Assembly (NCBI GenBank): GCA_041601615.1
Contig: JBFIHX010000003.1
Location: 64,001 to 128,000 of the forward strand
DNA: 64,000 nt
Direction: 5' to 3'
Source of the DNA: Thermoplasmatota archaeon
GTDB taxonomy: Archaea > Thermoplasmatota > E2 > JACPAO01 > JAHFTW01
Shown: one piece after another, positions 57,641-64,000 of the stretch
Layout: each line of letters opens with the position of its first letter
Numbering within the stretch: position 1 is the first letter of the stretch
Made by a program: the position numbers and the translations under genes
Notes under the pieces: model-generated
What the model saw: the letters and a program-made list of their open reading frames with translations, nothing else
The model's database searches: none
Told to the model about the DNA's origin: nothing

Positions 57641-58026
57641 AGATTCTGCGAATACAGCAGCGTGTCCGTCGGCTCGTGCACCATCGTAATCTTGGTGCTC
57701 GAAGCGCTACAATTGAGCACATCGCCAGGACCCACGGTTTCGCCCTGATTGTCGATGGTCAAAGCTCCGCCCGCGCACATGATTTCCAGATCGGTCCAAG
57801 GCACCGGCCCACAGGTCACCTTGCTCACCGTGAAATCCGTGGAGCCACTCGCCGCGGCACTCTTGATGAAAGAAATCTGAGGCACCGGACATGAGTTGGC
57901 CGGTTGTTGACTCCCGTCGCCATCCTGGCCCTCAAAATCATCCTGCAACTTCCCCAAATCACTATAAAAAACGCAGCCCGCCAGCAAGATGGACATCAAA
58001 ACCAAGGCAATGCCAAGAATACGCAT
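57637..58026 (-). CDS. lipoprotein with archaeal pilin-like globular domain
   Basis: lipobox LAGC; P.ISF, V.W.DL.I, V.PGD, VH.PT.TLL. Confidence 0.6.
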   Translation of the reverse strand: MRILGIALVLMSILLAGCVFYSDLGKLQDDFEGQDGDGSQQPANSCPVPQISFIKSAAASGSTDFTVSKVTCGPVPWTDLEIMCAGGALTIDNQGETVGPGDVLNCSASSTKITMVHEPTDTLLYSQNL

Positions 58027-58060
58027 GCCCCAACAAAGCAGGGGCCCAATATGGAACTGC

Positions 58061-59161
58061 CTACTCGTCCCAACCGTACCCTTCCTTCAACGCAAATTCC
58101 ACATCGCCAGCAAACCGACCCGGATCCAAGCCCGAGTCCGCCTTGCCGTCCACCGCATCCGCCAACCGCTCCCCGAGCGCCAAGCACCGCATGACACCAA
58201 ATCCATTGTCGCCCGTCAACACCCACAAATCATCCGCGCCCGGCACAGCACCGCACAACGCTCGCCGGTCGGGAGTCCCCACGCACAGGCCCGCCCAACC
58301 ACGACGAAGCAACGCATCCCCCCCGTGCTCAAATCGACCCACCATGCGACTCGCAATGCTCTCCACAAACTCCGGGTCCGCCGCCTCGTCAAAGTGATCC
58401 GGATCAAACGGCCGCAATTGCGTCCCGTTGCCTGCCAACATCGACCCATCCGACTCCGGCCGCGTATAGAACCCCTGCACCAAATCATGCACCATCGGCA
58501 AATCCGTCGCGTCAGGCAACCCCAGACTCGAAAGCTGCGTCCGGTACGACTTTGCCGCAATCGGATGGCCCCAACGTGCTAGAAGCGGCGCCGTCCACGC
58601 GCCACCTGCAACCACCACCGCACCCTCCGGTCGCTCCCGCACTTCCTGGCCACTGCGAATGGTCGCATCCTCATTGGCCAGCCGACCCGCAAGCAACTGC
58701 ACAAGATCATTCGGCTCTACAGCACCATCCTCCTGAGCCACCAACACCTCCTCGCCTGGAGCAAACCGCACGCCCGGAAACTGCGCCGCCGCCTCCCGGA
58801 ACCCAAACCGCTCCGGCTCCTCCCCAAGCCGATCCAAACGATGCTCCATTTCATCCAACGCCGCAAGTCCTCGACCCGACGCAACCACGAGGCTATCGTA
58901 CGGCTTCCACAACCCACGCGCCACCGGATCACCCTCAATCATCGCAAGACTCACCAACTCCCCAATTCGACCCCTCGTTTCCTGAACAAGCCGAAACTCA
59001 TCATCATGCCACGTCATCGTACTGACAATACCCGCCGCCTTGCCGCTCGAACCCGCCCCCGGCTGACCCTTCTCCAAGACCTCCACCGAATGGCCCTGCT
59101 CCGCCAAACAAAGAGCCGCAGACAAACCAAGGACCCCGGCGCCAACAACCGTAACCTGCAC
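58061..59161 (-). CDS. FAD-dependent oxidoreductase (DAO/sarcosine oxidase family)
   Basis: VVGAGVLG, GSSGKAAG, WAG....TPD, G.NG.G. Confidence 0.9.
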   Translation of the reverse strand: MQVTVVGAGVLGLSAALCLAEQGHSVEVLEKGQPGAGSSGKAAGIVSTMTWHDDEFRLVQETRGRIGELVSLAMIEGDPVARGLWKPYDSLVVASGRGLAALDEMEHRLDRLGEEPERFGFREAAAQFPGVRFAPGEEVLVAQEDGAVEPNDLVQLLAGRLANEDATIRSGQEVRERPEGAVVVAGGAWTAPLLARWGHPIAAKSYRTQLSSLGLPDATDLPMVHDLVQGFYTRPESDGSMLAGNGTQLRPFDPDHFDEAADPEFVESIASRMVGRFEHGGDALLRRGWAGLCVGTPDRRALCGAVPGADDLWVLTGDNGFGVMRCLALGERLADAVDGKADSGLDPGRFAGDVEFALKEGYGWDE

Positions 59162-59191
59162 AACGCCGCCAAATCCAACCCCAGTTCAACG

Positions 59192-59410
59192 CTACCGTTT
59201 CAACCGCACCCGACCCGACCCGTCAAGACGCCACACAAACCGCCACACCAACCAAAACGCCCCCAACAACACCGCCAACGGCACCATCACCAACGCCGCA
59301 ATCGTCAACACCTGCACCAACGCAAACCCGCTAGCAAACAGGATCAAAGTCAACAACCCAAAACCCGACAACAACCCAATCGCCGCCCCCGCCTGCCAAT
59401 CCCAAGCCAC
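59192..59410 (-). CDS. small membrane protein
   Basis: two hydrophobic segments, basic C-terminus. Confidence 0.5.
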   Translation of the reverse strand: MAWDWQAGAAIGLLSGFGLLTLILFASGFALVQVLTIAALVMVPLAVLLGAFWLVWRFVWRLDGSGRVRLKR

Positions 59411-59525
59411 AAACCCTGCACGAAACCACCGCGCTTGGCCATGCCGGTCCGCTAGGTCTTGCGCAAGCCTTCAAAAACGCCCGGCACCAACCTGGGCGGG
59501 TGTCGAGTACTGATAGGATGGGCCG

Positions 59526-60011
59526 ATGATCCAGGCCCGCGACCCACACGAAACCCTGCCGCAACCCTCCCCACCCACGCCCCCATCACCCAACGAGGCC
59601 ACCAAGCCCCCCGCCACCGTCGTCATCGCCGACGACGCACTCCACATTCGCCGCACCCTACACGCCCTCCTGCACGACTCCCGCCACTTCCAAGTGGTCG
59701 CCGAAGCAGCAGACGGCGCCCAAGCCATCGAACAATGCCGCCGCCTCCGCCCCGACGTGCTCCTGCTTGACCTCTCCATGCCCAACGTAGACGGATTCCA
59801 AGCCCTCGCAGCCGTCCGCACCACCAGCCCCCACACCAAAGTCATCGTCATAAGTGGCCAAGAACCAACCAAACACCGCCGCCGCGCCCTGCGCCTCGGA
59901 GCCACCGGATACATCGACAAAAGCACCGAAATCTTCGCAATCTGGAACGAAATCCTCACCATCCTCACCAAGCCCGTTGCCACCCACGGCCCCACTCCCT
60001 CCCTCACCTAG
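59526..60011 (+). CDS. stand-alone response regulator receiver
   Basis: IADD, PDVLLLDLSMP..DG, GA.GYI.K. Confidence 0.92.
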   Translation: MIQARDPHETLPQPSPPTPPSPNEATKPPATVVIADDALHIRRTLHALLHDSRHFQVVAEAADGAQAIEQCRRLRPDVLLLDLSMPNVDGFQALAAVRTTSPHTKVIVISGQEPTKHRRRALRLGATGYIDKSTEIFAIWNEILTILTKPVATHGPTPSLT

Positions 60012-60243
60012 GCCCAACCCCGGGGTTGAACCAGGACAAGCAGCGAAGATTCCACGAAATCCCCCCTGGCCCCCCTCCCGCGCCGGCCACCCCCGCCGCA
60101 CCGCCGCAGCCCCACTCCTCGCCTCCTACACCACGCTCCAGGCGCACCAAATAGTCATATACCCCCCCTTTGTCGCGCAGCATTGCATCCTCGAAAGGGG
60201 AGACACCGATCCTTTGGCCCTATGAGGCCCAGGGGGAGTCCAC

Positions 60244-60708
60244 ATGTCAAACAAGGAAGAATTCGGAGAAGACTTCCGGTACCTAGTCCGTATCGTCAAC
60301 ACGGACTTGGACGGGAAGCTGAACGTCGTCACCGCGCTGACCGGCATCAAAGGCGTCAACGACCGCCTGAGCCGCGTCATCGCCACCCACGCCGCCCTGC
60401 CGCTTACGGGCCGCATCGGTGACCTCAGCGACGAACAGATCGACACGCTCATCCAGAGCATCGAGAGCGTAGAAGACTACGTTCCCACCTGGATGCTCAA
60501 CCGCCGCATGGACCCCGACTCCGGGGAAGACATCCACCTCGTCGGAAGCGAAATCACACTCACTCTTGAGGAAGACATCAACAACCTCAAGAAAATCAAG
60601 AGCTGGAAAGGCGAGCGCCACGCCCGCCACCTGCCCGTGCGCGGACAGCGCACGAAGAGCAACGGCCGCACCGGTGCCACCGTCGGTGTGCAGCGGAAGA
60701 AGAAGTAA
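60244..60708 (+). CDS. rps13: 30S ribosomal protein S13
   Basis: ALTGIKGV, P.WMLNR, LPVRGQRTKSNGR. Confidence 0.97.
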   Translation: MSNKEEFGEDFRYLVRIVNTDLDGKLNVVTALTGIKGVNDRLSRVIATHAALPLTGRIGDLSDEQIDTLIQSIESVEDYVPTWMLNRRMDPDSGEDIHLVGSEITLTLEEDINNLKKIKSWKGERHARHLPVRGQRTKSNGRTGATVGVQRKKK

Positions 60709-60724
60709 CCTGGAGGTGTGAAGT

Positions 60725-61477
60725 ATGGGTCAACCAAAGTTCCCGAAGAAGAAGTACGACACGCCTAACCACCCGTGGCAAGGCGACCGCATCAAGGAAG
60801 AGAACGAAGTTCGCAAGAAATTCGGCCTCAAGAACAAGCGCGAGATCTGGAAAGCCCAGACCCGCCTGCGTGAGATCCGCGGCCAAGCCCGCGCCCTCAT
60901 CAGCCGCGCTCGCAACCCCGACGACCACCAGGCCGCCCGGGAAGCCAAGCTCCTTCTTGCCCGCCTCAACCGCGAAGGCTACGTCGGCCAAGACGCCACC
61001 CTCGGTGACGTGCTCGGCATGGACCAGGACCGCATCCTGAACCGCCGCCTGCAAAGCCAGGTCTACCTCAAGGGTATGGCCCGCACCGCCAAGCAAGCGC
61101 GCCAGTTCGTCATCCACGGTCTCATCACCATCGGCGAGCGCCGTGTCACCGTCCCCAGCTACGTCGTGCGCCGCGACGAGGAAGACCAGATCGGCTTCCA
61201 CGACAGCGCCGCCGTCGCCGACCCGTCCCACCCCGTGCGCCCCCGTGCCCCCGGCCAAGACGCCGTCGAAGCCGCAGCCGCAGCCCCCGTGGCCGCAGCC
61301 GCAGCCGTCGCTGCCCCAGTCGCAGAAGCGGCCCCCGCCGCAGTCGAAGAAGCAGTGGCTGAAACTCCCGAACCCGTCAAGGAAGCCGCAGAAGCGGTCG
61401 CCGAGACCACCGAGACCGTCGCCGACTCCGCCCCCGAGGCGCCCAAGGCTGACACCGAAACCAAGGAGGAATCCTGA
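60725..61477 (+). CDS. rps4: 30S ribosomal protein S4 with Ala/Glu-rich C-terminal extension
   Basis: [32 protein letters not shown]. Confidence 0.96.
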   Translation: MGQPKFPKKKYDTPNHPWQGDRIKEENEVRKKFGLKNKREIWKAQTRLREIRGQARALISRARNPDDHQAAREAKLLLARLNREGYVGQDATLGDVLGMDQDRILNRRLQSQVYLKGMARTAKQARQFVIHGLITIGERRVTVPSYVVRRDEEDQIGFHDSAAVADPSHPVRPRAPGQDAVEAAAAAPVAAAAAVAAPVAEAAPAAVEEAVAETPEPVKEAAEAVAETTETVADSAPEAPKADTETKEES

Positions 61478-61866
61478 TGGCTGAGGCAAAGAAGGGTGTT
61501 GCACACATCTTCGCGACGTACAACAACATCATCATCACCGTGACCGACGCCACGGGCGCAGAAACCATCACCAAGTGCAGCGGCGGCATGGCCGTCAAGG
61601 CCCAGAAGGACCAAGGTGGCCCCCACGCCGCCATGACCGCGGCCCAACGCGTCGCCGATGCACTCAAGGAGAAGGGCTTCAACACCGTCGACATCCGCGT
61701 ACGCGGCTACGGTGGCAACAAGAGCAAGAGCCCCGGCCCCGGCGCGCAAGCTGCCATCCGTGGTCTTGCCCGCTCCGGCATCATCGTCGGCCGCATCGAA
61801 GATGTGACTCCGGTGCCCCACGACGGCACCCGTAAGAAGGGCGGTCGCCGCGGCCGCCGTGTCTGA
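61477..61866 (+). CDS. rps11: 30S ribosomal protein S11
   Basis: [20 protein letters not shown]...KGGRRGRRV. Confidence 0.97.
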   Translation: MAEAKKGVAHIFATYNNIIITVTDATGAETITKCSGGMAVKAQKDQGGPHAAMTAAQRVADALKEKGFNTVDIRVRGYGGNKSKSPGPGAQAAIRGLARSGIIVGRIEDVTPVPHDGTRKKGGRRGRRV

Positions 61867-61873
61867 GGTACCC

Positions 61874-62668
61874 ATGGCTATCAAGCTGGACATCAACGCA
61901 ATCGAAGAACGCTCCTGCACGTTCACCGTCGAAGGGGTCCGCCCCTACTTCGTGAATGCGCTGCGCCGCGTGCTGCTGTCCGAGGTGCCCAAGCTCGCCA
62001 TCGACGAGGTCACCTTCTACGACAACACCAGTGCGCTCTTCGACGAGATCCTAGCCCACCGCCTGAGCCTGCTCCCCGTCCCCACCGACCCGTCCACCCT
62101 CAACTTGGCCGGGCAGGTCAACGAGGAAGGCAAGCCCAGCTACATGGTGCGCTACACCCTTACGAAGGAAGGTCCCTGCACCGTCTACTCGGGCGACATG
62201 GAGTGCGAGGATGCGGCGTTCGCCATCGCGGACCCCAAAATCCCCATCGTCAAGCTGCTGGAAGGCCAACGCCTCATCCTAGAGGCCACCGCCGTCCTCG
62301 GCACCGGCACGGACCACGCCAAGTGGCAAGTCTGCCACGCGGTTGGCTACAAGTACTACCCCATCGCGACGATCGACCACAAGAAGATCACCCCCGAGAT
62401 GGTGGAAGCAGTCATCGCAAACACCCCCGCAGGAGTGCTCGGCAACGACAACGGCAAACTCATCGTCCTCGATGAAACCAGCGTCAACCGCGCCGACGAC
62501 GCCACCCTCATGACCAAGGGCGCCTTCAAAGTGGACTACAACGACCGCAAATTCGTCTTCCGCTTCGAAACCGACGGCTCCCTCAAGGCCGAAGACGCAC
62601 TCATGAAGGCCGTGGAGCTCCTCAAGGAACGCTTCAAGGGCTTCAGCGACGCCACCGGCGACATCTAG
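61874..62668 (+). CDS. rpoD: DNA-directed RNA polymerase subunit D (Rpo3)
   Basis: NALRR.LL.EVP..AID, NTS.LFDE.LAHRL.L.P, G.G..HAKW. Confidence 0.96.
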   Translation: MAIKLDINAIEERSCTFTVEGVRPYFVNALRRVLLSEVPKLAIDEVTFYDNTSALFDEILAHRLSLLPVPTDPSTLNLAGQVNEEGKPSYMVRYTLTKEGPCTVYSGDMECEDAAFAIADPKIPIVKLLEGQRLILEATAVLGTGTDHAKWQVCHAVGYKYYPIATIDHKKITPEMVEAVIANTPAGVLGNDNGKLIVLDETSVNRADDATLMTKGAFKVDYNDRKFVFRFETDGSLKAEDALMKAVELLKERFKGFSDATGDI

Positions 62669-62775
62669 GGTACCAGACCTCCTCTTTTCCCTCTCCTCAT
62701 TCCCCACGTCCTTTTTCCAAACCCTCAAATGAACGCCCAAAGTCGGACGCTCCGTGCCTCCAAGGGCACCCCAAC

Positions 62776-62857
62776 GCAAGGATAGTCAAGCGGCCAACGA
62801 CGTCAGGTTCAGGGCCTGATCCTTAGTGGTTCGCAGGTTCGAATCCTGCTCCTTGCA
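62776..62857 (+). tRNA. tRNA-Leu (CAG)
   Basis: acceptor GCAAGGA/TCCTTGC, anticodon arm TCAGG-TTCAGGG-CCTGA, long variable arm, GGTTCGAATCC; CCA not encoded. Confidence 0.95.
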
Positions 62858-63027
62858 TTTCGCTGCGCTCAATGCAAGGCGCAGTATTCGGGCGCTTCGC
62901 GCCCTGGGCTTGCGGAAACCTCGCTGCGCTCCGGGTTCGCAAGCCATCGTACTCCTTGCACTCTCTCGCTTCGCTCCTTCGAGCAAGGAGCAATCTTCGG
63001 GCGCTTCGTGCCCTCGGCTTGCGGAAA
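62849..63027 (+). repeat. imperfect tandem hairpin repeat beginning with the tRNA 3' end
   Basis: CTCCTTGCA at 62849 and 62952; 32-mer at 62887-62918 and 62996-63027 with 2 mismatches. Confidence 0.8.
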
Positions 63028-63149
63028 ATTGGGATTCCAGAACCTGCTACCTTGCTTGGCTTGGTGCAGTTGCTGGCTCGGAAGGCCCTTCCGCGATGCT
63101 TCCCGTCTGGTTGCGGTACCCTTTACGACCCCGACGTGCTCCTTTTGTC

Positions 63150-63983
63150 GTGGCCTGGTCGGAGACGGAGAACGACGTTGCCATTGCGGCGTACTTCAAT
63201 CTCCTGGTTGCAGTCTTCAACGGCGAATCTGTGAACAAGAAGGCCGTCTATCGGCGCGTCTCCAGCGTCTTGGGCAACCGTCGCAATGCCGGCAGCGTAG
63301 AGCGCAAATTCCAGAACTACTCGTACGTCCTGGCTCGGATGGGTCTGCCGTACACGCCGGGCTTGAAGCCGCAGGCAAACATCCAATGGAGCCTTGTTCC
63401 TACACTCGTGGAAGAGTACATTGCCGACCACGACCCGTTTTCCAAGATTCGGTATCCCAGCACGGTTCCAGACGAGCGCAAGTACCTCGATCGTGCCTGG
63501 ACAAGTCTAATCGACGCAGTCCCGCCGCCCATGGGTGAGGACGGCCCACCCGTGCCCCACGACCCCGCCCGCGTGCGGAAGATTGACTTCGCCGGCCGCG
63601 ACGCTCGCAACCGTGCGCTGGGCCGTGCCGGCGAGGAATTTGTTGTCGAAATCCAGCGCCGTATTCTCATCGCCGCCGACCAACCCGACCTTGCCCGAAG
63701 CGTTGAGCATGTTGCCCTTCACGGCGACGGCGACGGCTACGATGTGGCATCCTACTATCCGGACGGCCGCGAACGCCTCATCGAGGTCAAGACCACGCCC
63801 CTGCGCCGAACGACGCCGTTCTATCTGACTGCCAACGAACTTCGCGCCAGTCACCACCACGCCGACGCCTTTGAGCTGCACCGTGTATACGATTGGGGCC
63901 GCGACCCCCGCATCTTCATCCTCCCGCCACCTCTGGACGAGCGCGTCCATCTTGACCCAGTGCAGTATCGAGCAAGATTTTGA
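63150..63983 (+). CDS. DUF3883 (NOV-C) PD-(D/E)xK nuclease
   Basis: G.AGE.FV, GDGYDV.S, IEVKTT, FYLT.NE; start inferred. Confidence 0.85.
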   Translation: MAWSETENDVAIAAYFNLLVAVFNGESVNKKAVYRRVSSVLGNRRNAGSVERKFQNYSYVLARMGLPYTPGLKPQANIQWSLVPTLVEEYIADHDPFSKIRYPSTVPDERKYLDRAWTSLIDAVPPPMGEDGPPVPHDPARVRKIDFAGRDARNRALGRAGEEFVVEIQRRILIAADQPDLARSVEHVALHGDGDGYDVASYYPDGRERLIEVKTTPLRRTTPFYLTANELRASHHHADAFELHRVYDWGRDPRIFILPPPLDERVHLDPVQYRARF

Positions 63984-64000
63984 CGGCGGTGCATGTGCCC

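Noticed and set aside
55000-60200. Strong local C-over-G skew patches as a sign of an origin or foreign DNA
   Set aside because: The skew flips several times across the window over ordinary genes; it cannot be interpreted without genome-wide computation.
1-64000. CRISPR array, rRNA, transposase or integrase
   Set aside because: No regularly spaced repeats, rRNA signatures or recombinase motifs were seen.

Overview
High-GC archaeal chromosomal window, most likely Thermoplasmatota (an inference from gene content and order, not a database match). Archaeal markers are aIF-1A/RIO1/KH, AglB, Spt5, SecE, NreA and rps13-rps4-rps11-rpoD-tRNA-Leu. The housekeeping backbone includes fumC, a duplicated-domain thyX, a thiamine ABC transporter with a ThiR-like regulator, arginase and ileS. 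It is interspersed with many lipoprotein/secreted genes and small defence insertions (GmrSD plus a PD-(D/E)xK nuclease at the ileS 3' end; a DUF3883-type nuclease after tRNA-Leu). Main unexplained signals: (1) two clusters of small secreted six-cysteine peptides, with shared upstream motifs; (2) two paralogous single-pass membrane proteins with a GDF-x4-WEWD ectodomain and a cytoplasmic TPR-like tail, one coupled to a secreted Cys peptide and one to a winged-HTH gene, which is a candidate peptide-receptor signalling system; (3) duplicated gene 3' ends (thyX, arginase, tRNA-Leu) separated by short hairpin-rich spacers; (4) candidate structured RNAs, including a pseudoknot at 44.3-44.5 kb; (5) an integrin-beta-like vWA protein with a long Cys-pair stalk. 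All calls are by eye from motifs; several start codons were moved relative to the ORF track.
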